Shown: in pieces, positions 1-13,067 of the stretch | How positions within the stretch are numbered: position 1 is the first letter of the stretch | Layout: every line of letters starts with the position of its first letter | DNA from: Octopus vulgaris | Lineage: Eukaryota | NCBI GenBank assembly: GCA_951406725.2 | Contig: OX597830.1 | Coordinates: forward strand, 8,804,001 to 8,868,000 | Length of the DNA stretch: 64,000 nucleotides | Reading direction: 5' to 3' | Notes under the pieces: generated by a model | The model's database searches: none | Told to the model about the DNA's origin: nothing | Seen by the model: only the letters and a program-made list of their open reading frames with translations | Made by a program: the position numbers and the translations under genes

Positions 1-310
1 TCTTCAGTAGAAGAATACGAAAAGACATAAATAAGATACTTACATGCGCCCATGGAAAAAAGCCGAAGTAAAAATTATGAGTACATATAAGTACCCCAGA
101 TATATCTAAATATAAAATCTTTTGGTCAGCCTCAGCACACGTATAAGCTGTAGTGGAGAACAATTCACACGTGTGCTGAGGCTGATCAAAGGATTTTATA
201 TTTAGATATATCTGGGGTACTTATATGTACTCATAATTTTTGCTTCGGCTTTTTTCAATGGGCGCTTGTAAGTATCTTATTTATGTCTTTTCGTATTCTT
301 CTACTGAAGA
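1..310. repeat. Long inverted repeat (foldback): arms 1-142 and 169-310, 26-nt loop; probable inverted Penelope-like pseudo-LTR (pLTR) pair, truncated by the window edge
   Basis: Manual reverse-complement alignment gives 142-bp arms with 5 mismatches. The right arm ends in the hammerhead core CTGAAGA. Confidence 0.95.
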
Positions 311-358
311 GGAAAAAATCTATTATGTGATTAATCCCGAAATTGATTCAATATAGAA
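299..358 (+). ncRNA. Minimal type I hammerhead ribozyme motif
   Basis: Stem I TTCTA(299-303)/TAGAA(354-358); core CTGAAGA 304-310; stem II GG..CC with an inner AATC/GATT helix; GAAA 339-342; stem III ATTG/CAAT; cleavage triplet ATA ending at 353. Confidence 0.7.
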
Positions 359-471
359 ATAACAAACTTTTTTAAAAATTCTATCGGCTGGCATTCCTCG
401 TTTTCAGCTCTACGTGTTTTCTGTAGCGAGTAAATAATATGTGGACATTGACGATTTAAATATATATATAT

Positions 472-858
472 TCTTTTACTTGATTCATTCGACAGCGGCC
501 ATGTTAGAGTATCGCCTTAAAGAGTTTTAGTCGAACAAATCAACCCCAGGACTTAGTCTTTGTAAGCCTAGTTCTTACTCTATTGGTCTCTTTTGCAGAA
601 CCACTTAGTTACGAGAGCGGAAACATAGCAACATCGGTTGTCAAGCGATGGTGGTGGGACGCCAAACACAGACACAAAGATACACACACACACATACATA
701 CACGACGGGCTTCTTTCAGTTTCCTTCTACCAAATCCACTCGCAAGGCTTTGGTCGGCCCGAGGCTATAATAGAAGACACTTGCCCAAGGTGCCACACAG
801 TGGGACTGAACCTGGTACCATGTGGTTGGTAAGCAAGCTTGTCACCACAGAGCAACGC
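472..858 (-). mobile_element. tRNA-derived SINE, family A (Octopus-type)
   Basis: Reverse complement reads GTGG..AAGC..CCACATGGT.CCAGGTTCAGTCCCACTG.GTGGCACCTTGGGCAAGTGTCTTCTA..., a sequence that recurs more than 12 times in the window. Confidence 0.85.
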
Positions 859-1303
859 CTATATATATATATTCTTTTATTCTTTTATTTGTTTCAGTCA
901 TTTGACTGCGGTCATGCCGGAGCACCGTCGTATGTATATATATATATATATATGTGTATGTGTGTGTGTAGAGAGAGAGAGGGGGGAGCATATATGCATA
1001 CATATGTGTGTGAGTGAATGAGTGAGTGAATGTATGTTTGGCTAAGTCGTTATAGCGTTGGATAAAATTCCATGTATTCAAGTTCAAACCCCGCCTAAGT
1101 CAATGAAGTACCAGTCTATAGTTGTGGAATGGTTGGATTGCATGCGCATCGAACGAATTGCTCTGTCGTATATGTTATAACTTTCAGCATTTCATAAATT
1201 CAGATCCCTGTTACCCAGGGGCCGATTTAACCGACTCTCTTCCTTTAGAATCGCTGGCCTTGAGCCAAAATTTGAAACCGTTACTTCATTAGCAATCATT
1301 GTA

Positions 1304-1351
<48 letters not shown>

Positions 1352-1376
1352 GTGACTATAACTATTATTACTATTA

Positions 1377-1690
1377 TTACCTCTGCCTTAGCGAAGGTGG
1401 AGGTATTGTTTTCAGTTGTGTTTGTTTGTTTGTTTGTCCATGGATAAGATATCTCAAGAACCGCCGGATGGATTCTGATGAAACTTTCAGCGATGTTTGG
1501 CCTCGTGACTGGCACGAACTGATTAGAATTGGGGATCAATCCGGTACCGGACGAGGATTCTGGATTATTTCCCAGTTTCTCATTTGTGAGAGCAGTCTAG
1601 TTTATTTCATTTTAAAAATCATCTTTGGCTAATCGTGGAGAGGACGTTGGTGTTGCCTTGGCGGGGGTTTGCGCTCTCTGAGTGCTCTGT
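1377..1690 (+). mobile_element. DINE-1/HINE-like non-autonomous Helentron
   Basis: 5' palindrome ACCTCTGCCTT..AAGGTGGAGGT, (GTTT)n tract, core GATATCTCAAGAACC, 3' subterminal inverted repeat CTTGGCGGGGGT plus stem GCGCTCTCTGAGTGC. Further copies at 3088, 3531 and 44393. Confidence 0.7.
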
Positions 1691-1929
1691 TATTACTATT
1701 TCTAAGTCACCGAGTTGAGAAAATCACTAGCATGTCAGACCAAATGCTTATCAGCCTCTCTTCCGGCCCTTTATGTTCTGATCTCAAATCCAGTAGAGGT
1801 CAACTTTGCCTTTCATCTTTTCAGGATTGATAAAATAAAGGACTTGTAACGTCAATATTATCGACATCACCCTCTCCTCTAAAAATTGCTGTCAAAATCA
1901 GAAAGAATTATTATTATTATTATTTAGTA

Positions 1930-2597
1930 AGAGAGCAGTTCATGCCATCAAAGTGACACTGGGGTAAAATATACGAAGCCCAATATACTCATCATGACTA
2001 CCCGTCTGATAAGGGTACACCAGGCACATGCATCACAACCATATGTGCGCGACATGGTGATCTCATATTATTATCTTATTATTATTATTATTGAGTGAGA
2101 GAGCAGTGCATGCCATCAAAGTGACAGTGGGGTAAAATATACGAAGCCCAATATACCCATCATGACTACCCGTCTGATAAGGGTACACCAGGCACATGCA
2201 TCGCAACCATATGTGCGCGACATGGTGATCTCATATCAAGATAAACAGCACATGACCTTGCAGGTGGGGCCCAGTTAAAATTTTCTTCAGGTTGAGTAGC
2301 CCATCCCGCTCAAAAGGTCCCTGAATAAGGGTTGTTTAAGGATGTTGAAAGAACCACCCATGTTTCCAGAGGTCAATTATTCAAACCCCAAAGAATCCCT
2401 CTCAACACACGGCTATGATGCTCCCCCACTACTTCTGCTCGTGATCAGAGATGCACATATCGTCAGCCGCTAAGAGACATGCTCAACTGGTTAAGGTCAA
2501 GCAACTGACAAGCAAATCTGTGGTATTGAGCAGAATATTTGCTGTAGCCCATCTTTTATACCAAGACAAAACAATGTACATGATAACACTTCCAATC

Positions 2598-2598
<1 letters not shown>
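1930..2598 (-). mobile_element. Probable LINE 3'-UTR fragment with (TAA)n tail; terminal ~140 bp tandemly duplicated (1930-2067 vs 2098-2235)
   Basis: Near-identical direct repeat GAGAGCAG..CATGCCATCAAAGTGAC...GGTGATCTCATAT, each copy preceded by a (TTA)n tract. The family assignment is an inference. Confidence 0.5.
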
Positions 2599-3000
<402 letters not shown>

Positions 3001-3087
3001 GTGACAATTATTATCCCTAAAGCTATTACTGAATTATTGTTATTAGAATGACTATAATTGTCAGTTTTACTACTATTATTGTGATAA

Positions 3088-3655
3088 TTATCTCCGCCTT
3101 ACCGAAGGTAGATGTATTGTTTTCAGTCGTGTCAGTTTGTTTGTTCGTGGACAAGATATCTCAAGAACCACTGGATGGATTCGGATGAAACTTTCAGGGA
3201 TGTTTGGCCTCATGTCTGGCACGAACTGATTAGATTTGGGGATCCATCTGATACCGGACAAGGATTCTGGATTATTTGTTATATTTACTTTACTTTACAT
3301 GAAGTATTACAATCTTACGTTAATTTTCAAGTATTTCTCTGATTATCACCCTTATATTATATATTATGCATACATATTAACACTTTACAGTATACTTACA
3401 TATATACATAACTCTATACATCGATCTAAACAAACAGGATTACTAAAGGAAGACCGGAATTTAAGAGAAGAGAAAGCCAAAAGCTCTCATGCTATTTTCA
3501 TTTTAAAATTCCTGAGTTGAACTTATTATTATTACCTCCGCATTAGCGAAGACGGAGGTATTCTTTTTCAGTCGTGTTTGTTTGTTTTCCGGCTAATCGT
3601 TGATAGGATGTTGGTGTTGCCTTGGCGGAGATTTATGCTCTCTGAATGCTCTTGT
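3088..3655 (+). mobile_element. Two further HINE-like copies (3088-~3280 3'-truncated; 3531-3655 internally deleted)
   Basis: Same 5' palindrome and core as 1377-1690. The second copy joins the 5' end directly to the 3' end GTTGCCTTGGCGGAG..GCTCTCTGAATGCTCTTGT. Confidence 0.65.
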
Positions 3656-3794
3656 TATCATAATTATTTCTCAGACTATTTTCCGTAAAACATTAGTCCT
3701 AGTTTCTACCTGAAAATAGTGTTATGGCAGAAAGCGGTTAAAAGACAAAACCTGATAATTTAGTCCCATGCGGTTGCTACTTCAGATCTCATTG

Positions 3795-4020
3795 GCGCCC
3801 ATTTTGTCCATTGGCAGAATCGTTAGCACGCCGGACGAAACGCTTACCGGCGTTTAGTCCGCCTTGACGTCCAGAGTTCAAATTCTTCCGTGGTTGACTT
3901 TGTCTTTCATCCTTTCGGGGTCGAAAATGTAAGTACCAGTTGAGTACTAGGGTCGATGTAATCCACTTAATCCCCTCCCCCGAAATTTTAGGCCCTGTGC
4001 CTATAGTAGAAAGGATTATC
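3795..4020 (+). mobile_element. tRNA-derived SINE, family B
   Basis: TGGCAGAATCGTTAGCACGCCGG...GAGTTCAAATTC...GACTTTGTCTTTCATCCTTTCGGGGTCGA. The core resembles the Meta/MESC SINE domain as I recall it. Confidence 0.85.
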
Positions 4021-4439
4021 GGTTTCAATGACGATAAAAAGATTTACCAGTCATATAAAGGATCATTTTAATCGCTTATACCTCTACCAAACACTTCCTT
4101 GGCCTTGTTAAATAATTAATAATTATTCTATCTTTGCAATTTGAGGCGTTAAATTACGTACTGTGTATGTTTAGTTAGTTTCTTTCGGTGGCGATTTCAA
4201 ACACCGTTGATGTCAATCTTGCTTCAAACTGCTCCAAAGGTAACTAAAATGTTGTACTGACATAAATAGAGGAAGAATTCAAATTTGCTGCAAATATTTC
4301 TTTTTTTGTTTCTAACTTTTGATAAAAAAAATCGTCGCGGTCATTGGTTGTCCGTCGTAGATCGACGTTGACTGCAATCGTCTCTATGGGTTGATGTAAT
4401 CGACCTGACTTTCTCCTTCCCTCAAGATTGAGCAATCGT

Positions 4440-4860
4440 CTTTACTAGGCTCACATATGGGCTACAAGGCCTGCCCCGGATCTGCAGCAGCGATGGCAAG
4501 TGAAGTTACTTGACTCAATGGAGAGGCGGCGCCTCTCATGTGCTCCTTCGTATTTTCGCTGTTGTTTCTCCTCAATGGCTGGGATTATGAGCTTTAGCGA
4601 TCGGTGCCATTCATCTTATCGCAGGGCCCTCTCCTCATACGTGTCTGAGGGAAATTCCGCACTTCTTTATATGTCTCTTCATCATAGTTGCAACCTCTGG
4701 CCACTACGGCTCCTGCTGTTTCGACGAAGTTCAGCGTAAAAGACTAGCTCTTGGAGCCTGCCTCCCTCTATCCTGCAAACAAGTTCTGCCTATCGGGCCT
4801 CCACACTAACTGCTCCAGCACAGCGCAGGACCGCAACAGCAGGAATGCGAATTTAAGCAA
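4440..4860 (-). pseudogene. RTE-clade LINE 3' relic with C-terminal C2H2-like zinc finger
   Basis: Manual minus-strand translation AIEEKQQRKYEGAHERRRLSIESSNFTCHRCCRSGAGLVAHM, with upstream FYAELRRNSRSRSGQ resembling the RTE YGEL..G.R..GGQ motif; stops and frameshifts present. Confidence 0.65.
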
Positions 4861-5147
4861 TAACCATTACACTTCATCCATTTGTTTAGATCCGAGAGGG
4901 TTTACTGCTCAGCCTTCTGGGAAAGTTATGGGAGCAGCTAGCGCTTACCAGGAGGAGATTTATCTCTCATCCACTGATATTTTAAAAAACTATGTTTTAC
5001 AGAACTCGCAGCGACAGAATTTAAGTTCCTGGTTAGAAACGGTTTACTCTCATACCTTTCGGAAAGGCATACACATCACAGATTCTCATTTCCCCAACTC
5101 TTACAGCATTTCGCCCGGTGTGCTAACCATTCTGCCAGCTCGCCGCT

Positions 5148-5189
<42 letters not shown>

Positions 5190-5191
<2 letters not shown>

Positions 5192-5635
5192 CTTTTCTGC
5201 TCTAGGCACAAGGCCCGAAATGTTTGGGGAGGGAGCCAGTCGATTAGATCGACCCCAGTACGAAACTGGTACTTAATTTATCGACCCCGAAAGGATGAAA
5301 GGCAAAGTCGACATCGGCGGAATCTGAACACAGACCATAAAAACGGACAAAACGCCGATGAGAATTTTGTCCGGCGTGCTAAGGATTCTACCAGTTCACT
5401 GTGTTAATAATAATTATTATAATAATCCCTTTTAATTTTTGCACAAGGCAAGCATCCTTGAGGGAAGGAGTAAGTCAGGTCGATTACGTCAACCCATAAA
5501 ACTCGACACTTTATTTTTTATCAAAACCGAAAGGATGAAAGGTAAAGCTGAACTTGGGAGTATTTGAACTCAAATCCTAAAGAATCAGAAATGACACCAA
5601 GCGTTTTGTTCGACGCACTAACGATTCTGCCACCA
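5190..5635 (-). mobile_element. Two tandem SINE family B copies
   Basis: CGACCCCGAAAGGATGAAAGGCAAAGTCGAC core at ~5282 and a degenerate copy at ~5528. Confidence 0.8.
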
Positions 5636-6228
5636 AAGATAGAAATATAAATGAAATAATCTGGCTGAAAGCTTGAATCGAAACCGACAACTTCGGATAT
5701 GATTCTGAGGTGTTGATTGTATTTCTAAACGGCATTTATACCGGACGTTATGTGACGTAGGCACAGGTGAAAATCGAAATTACGACCTCGAGATAAATAG
5801 GTGAAACTTTTCTTCCGTTCCCTGGCGCTTAGCTAGAATAGTTGCTAAGTTAAATAATTAAGTAAAAATTAGCAGAGAAATTATCAAACGAAAGAATGAG
5901 TGATTGTATAATTAACGAGGTTAATTAATAAATGAAATTAAATATATTTTAGAAGAGAAATGGCGCGAAGAAGAGAGACAAAAAATGTTAAAAACAACAA
6001 AATATAATGAATCAGTTGGAAATGTAAAAATGTTTACGTTAACAAACAGAAATAACAATCTTTAATGGTCTGATTTAATATACACATTTATACATACATA
6101 CATACATACATACATACATACATACATACATACATACATACATACATACATACATACATACATACATACATAGACCACAACATACATACACACACGTTTA
6201 TATATATATATATATGTATTTATATATG

Positions 6229-6260
<32 letters not shown>

Positions 6261-6297
6261 TCATATGTATAGATGCATATCTATAAATATATATCTA

Positions 6298-6346
<49 letters not shown>

Positions 6347-6470
6347 ATATATATATATAGCAACAATAATAATAAGGATTATTACGAAGGTGCATAGCAT
6401 TACCTTTAATTCTCTTAATATATATATATACACACATATATATATATATATATGTGTGTGTGTATGTATG

Positions 6471-6548
<78 letters not shown>

Positions 6549-7571
6549 CATACATATATATATATAGATGGATAGATGGATACTATTATATACGTGTATC
6601 TGTAGTGGGTATAGATTATAGAACATATGTATGTGGTATCTCAATACAAAATGCTTTATGCACATATACATACATACATATAAATATATATATATATGCA
6701 CATATACACACACTCATACATATGCATACATGCAAGTGTGCATGTGTTAAAATTTTATAAATATTTATATACATATGTAAATATATATATATATGTGTGC
6801 TTGTGTGTGCGTGCGTGTTTTTGTGATTACATGTTGTCTGTCTGTCTGTCTGTCTGTATGTATGTATGTATGTATGTATGTTTGTCTGTCTGTCTGTCTG
6901 TATGTATATATGTCTTATACCCTATCTCTATGTATATATATGTATATATATCCCTGCTTATATCATCGTACACGTATTCAAATCCGATATAATTTCCATC
7001 CAATTAATTCATTAATTAAATATCTTATCTCCTATAACCCCTGTTCTCACCCACCCACCCACCCACCCACCATTTTTTTTATTTCTGTTTTTATTTACAA
7101 TTTATTCACTCTCTTTCTTGTTTAGGTTGTTTCTACATTTTTTTCTTTTTTTTCTTTCTGTTGTTTTTCCTTTTTACCGTATAGATACTTTCTCTGTTAA
7201 TGTCATTGTAGAAAGATTAATGGCACACAATGTTAATACAACGCTTAATGGAATAAAAACGACGCGAAAATGGCGAATCACAATGGAAGAAATACATATA
7301 TATGTATATATATGTATCTGTGTATCTATGGTTGATGTAAAACAACGAAAAAAAAAAAGCGTTAAACGGAAAACGAAATACGAAAATCTAAATACGGAAA
7401 ACGAAAAGAAAAAAAAGAAAGAAACTAAGAAAAATAATAGAAAATAATAAACGAGTAAAATAAGAAACGTGTAAAGAAGAGTGTTTTCTCTCCTTTCGAT
7501 TCAATGCAGTTTTGTAGTTTATTGTGAGGAGTGAGAAAGAATGGTTGTATGAAAAAATAAAAGGTTACTGC

Positions 7572-8150
<579 letters not shown>

Positions 8151-8382
8151 ATGATTATGACAAAGGGGGGTATGTTTAAATAGGAAAAAAATCTAGTTAC
8201 GGGTGTAGCTGCAGAGATAAGTATGTGAGGAGTGTGATCGGAGGTTTTGGGTGGGGGCGGGCGTGGAGGGGTATAATGGCACTACAATAAACTTTTACCA
8301 TTCCTTAAATTTTTCCATGACCATGATGTTGGTGGGAACGGCGGTGGTGGCGGCAATGTCGATGGTTCTGCTGGTAGTGGTA

Positions 8383-8440
<58 letters not shown>

Positions 8441-8556
8441 GTGGTGGTGGTGGTGGTGGTGGGAGTGTTAACTTCTGATTCATTCAGAGCTACTTACAAG
8501 AGATGTTATATATTGTTTGCAATGGTTGTGTCTTAATGTATAAGCACACACACACA

Positions 8557-8593
<37 letters not shown>

Positions 8594-9331
8594 GTGTGTG
8601 TGTGTGTGTGTGTGTGTATTTTATTCAAAGAATGAAGGAGTCCAGTAAAAAGACAGACGAAAGAGGGAGTAACAAGTGTAGCGGGGGGAGGGTCTTATAT
8701 AATTGTAGAAAGAGTGATGGGCAGAGAGAACCAAGAGGATAAGGGGTGGGGGTGACGATGACGGAGATAATGAGATGAGGGTGGCGTTGTTGTTGTTGTT
8801 GGTCGAGGCGGTGATGATGGTGGTGGTAGTTAGTTAATTTTTGGCTCAAAAAGCAAAAAGCAAGGCCATGTAGGGGGACATGGAGTTATGTACAGGACAG
8901 TGTTCATGTAAAGAGTTCAGGCCACTTGTGGTCAAGGTAGTGATGGTGGTGGTGCTGCTGGCGCTTGTGGTGACAGCGACGGTGGCGACGGAGGCGGTGT
9001 TAACCATTATGTTAACTATGGAATATTGGCGGGGGGGGGGGATTCTTTAGCCAGGGTGTATGGGAAACGGGATTGAGCGAGGTGGTCGCAAGGGTCCATA
9101 ACAGGGTGACAGGTGAGTACATATATACAAAGAGACATATTTACATTAGTATGAGTATATGCTTTTAAACGTACATGCACACACATATATTCACACACAA
9201 GCATTCAGGAACACACACACACACATACACACACACACACACACACACATACACATTGTAGGTGACAATATTAGACGTGCATACATCGTACATACATACA
9301 TACATACATACATACATACTATATATGTATA

Positions 9332-9381
<50 letters not shown>

Positions 9382-9400
9382 AACGCACACACATATATGA

Positions 9401-9823
9401 TAATAAAAAAATAATCTTTTGATGGAATTTATAAACATTTAATGCATCGCTACGCGCGTTTCCACAAGTCCTATGTCTCTTAAGATCACAGTCCGTGTTC
9501 CTGGGATGATTGCCTTGTGGTCCGTAGTATCTGTGGACATTGGATCGATCATCTTCATGGGTTCATTTTTTTCAGGTGATATAAAACTAGTGGGTGTTTA
9601 ACAGAGGGATGGTCAAAAAGCAATAAACATCCACTAATGTTATATCACATGAAGATATGAATCCATGAAGATGATCAACCCGATGCCCACGGATACTAAG
9701 GACTACACTGTAATCATCCCTGAAATACGGACTGTGATCTTAAGAGACATAGTCTTTGTGGAAACGCGCGTAGCGATGCATTAAATATCGATAAATTCCA
9801 TACAAGGATTATTTTTGTTATTA
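9401..9823. repeat. Long inverted repeat: arms ~9401-9600 and ~9624-9823, 23-nt loop; carries a degenerate hammerhead-like motif in both arms
   Basis: For example, AATGCATCGCTACGCGCGTTTCCACAA is the reverse complement of TTGTGGAAACGCGCGTAGCGATGCATT. The motif CTTAAGA..GAAAC-GCGC-GTA reads outward in each arm. Confidence 0.92.
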
Positions 9824-10244
9824 ATATAATTATCCTACATTATATCTGTACAGCTCGATGCAACCCCAAGAAACTGGTTCACCATTCAGCATCATTAGAT
9901 TGTGGCCGGCCATAATAGAATAGGAGCTATATTTGCATATTCAAAACGTTTCCCATAAACAAATCAAAAAGCTATATGTATATACATATATATATATATA
10001 TACAATATATATACATATATATATGCGTGTATGTGTGTGTATTGCATGTATGGAGAGAGAGAGAAAAAAGAAAGGTAGCATGTTTGCCTGTCTATGTTGA
10101 CAGACAGACAGGAGATCGTACTGACAAACTATACTGTCTTCGGCAACATCGTTGTGATTAATTAATTTCTCTTAGTTTTATAACAGAGAAAATCACATCT
10201 AATATATTTGGTATTCATTCAATAGCAATATGCAGTAATAATGA

Positions 10245-10470
10245 TGAGGCGGCAAACTGGCAGAATCGTTATGATGCCGGGCGAAACGCATGGCGGTATT
10301 TCGTCTGCCGCTACGTTCTGAGTTCAAATTCTGCCGTGGTCGACTTTGCCTTTCCTCCTTTCGGGGTCGATTAAATATGTGCCAGTTATGCATTAAAGCC
10401 GATGTAATCGGCTTAATCCCTTTGACTGTCCTTGTTTTACCCCTCTATGTTTAGCCACCTTGTGGGCAAT
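10245..10470 (+). mobile_element. SINE family B
   Basis: AGGCGGCAAACTGGCAGAATCGTT...GAGTTCAAATTCTGCCGTGGTCGACTTTGCC. Confidence 0.85.
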
Positions 10471-10870
10471 TATATTACTGTAAGTACATATTTCTTTCGC
10501 TCTCTTTCTAATTTAAAAGATTTTACGATTTGAGAAAACAAACGAAGTCATGTTAAGAACAATTTGATTTGGTTTCCATAAATAAATTTATTTAAAATTA
10601 ATATAGAATTAAAATTTCATAAAAACTGCACTAATGAGATCCATTAAGATTGAAACTCTTAAAGTAAGTTGATAGAATCGTTATTGCGTCGTACAAATTA
10701 CCTTGCAGTATTTATTCCAGCTTTTTATGTTCTGAACCCAAATTCAACCATTGCTAACTTTGCTTTTATACTTCTGGGAGATCGATAAAATGAAGCAACA
10801 ATGGAATACTTGGTGCGATTTAATGAAATAACTCCTAACCTCAAATCTGTGGTTTTGTATCTTGTTAATA

Positions 10871-11711
10871 CATCGACCCTCATTGATCACGGGCGTTTGG
10901 ATCCATAAAAGCACAGCGATAAATGGATCCTCTCCCTGCGTCCTATAAATGGAATTAATAGTTGACTCATTCACACCAAACTCACAGCCCACAGCAGCGA
11001 AGCTTCCAACGTCACATATTTTTGTGATCATCTCAACCTTTATCTATGGAGCAGTGTTTCTCAACCGGGGTCCATATGATCTCTGGAAGTCTATATAAGA
11101 TTTCTGGAGGTACACACAAGCAAAATGATAAATTGGGGATCCACAATAGCATTTTAAGGATCCAAGAATAAAATTTGATATAAATGCATTTATTGCAAGA
11201 CACAGCTAGGATTCCTTTTCCAACGTTTTACAGAGTTCAGCCTACAGAAATTAATGAGTGAAAAACAAAATATAAATTTTGAAAGAAGTATCAACAAAAT
11301 TGGTTTGTGAACAGAGAATGGCTACGGGAAGGGCCTCAATATAAAACAGCAATCAAAGGTGTTTATAGATTCAAAATGGTTGAGAACCTCTTCTATACAA
11401 TATACACTCGTCTGCGTCGTTCGTTCGGAGCAAGGGTCTTCGTATTTTTTCTATTCACTGATTTCATGTCGATGAATATGCGTATGTAAATCCGTACAAA
11501 AATACCCAGCATTGCACCACAGTCATGTAAACACAAGCGATAGTCAATGCATTCTGGGTAGCTGAACATTGTGGTTGCCGCTGGTGGGAAGGGGGTACAT
11601 TTTTGCGATACGAGCAGAAACTTTCACTGATCGCCAGCCCGTGTTATCACAGATCAGTCCGTATTATTCTGGATCAGTGATGAAAGAATCATTGATAAAC
11701 GAGGCTACGTG
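10871..11711 (-). mobile_element. Tigger/pogo-type DNA transposon deletion derivative with an N-terminal HTH transposase fragment
   Basis: TA on both flanks (10869-70, 11712-13); degenerate terminal inverted repeats (TIRs) CA..GACCCTCATTGATCA / TGATAAACGAGGCTACGTG; minus-strand peptide KVEMITKICDVGSFAAVGCEFGVNESTINSI resembles the Tigger psq-type HTH. Confidence 0.65.
11052..11392. mobile_element. hAT (Charlie-like) MITE nested in the Tigger relic
   Basis: TIRs CAGTGTTTCTCAACC / GGTTGAGAACCTCTT; partial 8-bp target-site duplication CTATGGAG/CTATACAA. Confidence 0.7.
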
Positions 11712-11994
11712 TACAATATAATAGATAGGAAAGAGATCCTTTCCTTTTACAAAAGAAAAGGGATTAACAGATGATAGCAATTTGAGGCATGCGATGGAAT
11801 GCCTCCCCACCAGAACAATGAATGTTCGTATGACAATGGTCATGATGACTGATAGAACGGCTGGTTCAAAGAGGTCTGGAAGTTATGAGTCTATATGCAC
11901 TCACTTCTAAGACTTATAAACACAAAAGTATACCCGTAGCGAAAACAAAAAGAAAAGAAAATGTTGATGTGAATACTGAATAAATATGAAACGA

Positions 11995-12271
11995 CAGTTC
12001 TATATTTAACAGATGAGGAATTATGTACATTATTTACATTTGACGGATATTAGTCCTCATCTTGTTTGTTGTTAACACAACGTTTCATCAGGTGTCTAGG
12101 GGAAATTTCGAACCTGGGTTCTCATTCCTCAGGTATTTTTCGATGTTCTGGAATCGAACTCGGAATTTTGAGGTTAGTAGCCCGCGCTCTTAACCACTAC
12201 GGGCATATGACGTAGCGGTTAAGAGCGCGGGCTACTAACCTCCAAATTCCGAGTTCGATTCCAGGCAGTGA

Positions 12272-12330
<59 letters not shown>

Positions 12331-12381
12331 GTAACATTGAAAAATATCTTAGGAATGAGAACCCAGGTTCGAAATTGCCCC
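11995..12381. mobile_element. Head-to-head pair of a tRNA-headed short element; the left (minus) copy has a hammerhead-relic tail
   Basis: Inverted arms 12099-12201 and 12211-12381; the right arm has an extra (AAT)n tract. A-box TGACGTAGCGG and B-box GAGTTCGATTCC. Minus strand 12096-12074 reads GACAC-CTGATGAAACGTT-GTGTT. Confidence 0.75.
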
Positions 12382-12384
12382 GTC

Positions 12385-12431
<47 letters not shown>

Positions 12432-12433
<2 letters not shown>

Positions 12434-12600
12434 TGACAACCGATGCTGGTGCGATTGCGTCCTCGTAACTTAGCGGTTCGACAAAAATGACCGATACAAT
12501 TAGTACTAGACTTGCAAAGAATAAGTCCTGGAGTCGATTTGCTCGACTAAAGTCGGTGCTCCAGCATGGTCGCAACCAGATGACTGAAAGAAGTAAAAGA
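12432..12600 (+). mobile_element. SINE family A, 3' half
   Basis: CTTGACAACCGATGCTGGTG...GTGCTCCAGCATGGTCGCA..ATGACTGAAAGAAGTAAAAGA. Confidence 0.8.
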
Positions 12601-12865
12601 ACAAAACAATATATATATATATATAATTTATAAATTCTATAAGATGTGTGTTAGTATATGATATCTGCGTCTATGTATGTATGTAAATGTATTGCGAGTG
12701 TATGAATGTAATGTACGAAAGAGTATTTCTGTTTCTTTCTAGGAATTCCTGTAATAAAGAAGCAACTTTTTTTCCTAATTAATAAAAAAAAAAAAATTAA
12801 TCAGTAGAATTTAAATAACAACAAACGTGTCGAATTTCATATTGAGTTTCAAACCAACAACCACG

Positions 12866-13067
<202 letters not shown>

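Noticed and set aside
4751-5407. 218-aa ORF as a host gene
   Set aside because: It spans the antisense of an RTE relic, an (AAT)n tract and a SINE B copy.
12201-12275. Functional tRNA gene
   Set aside because: The acceptor stem is poorly paired, it has an ACT anticodon without a Ser-type variable arm, and it is embedded in an inverted repeat element. It is better explained as a SINE-like head.
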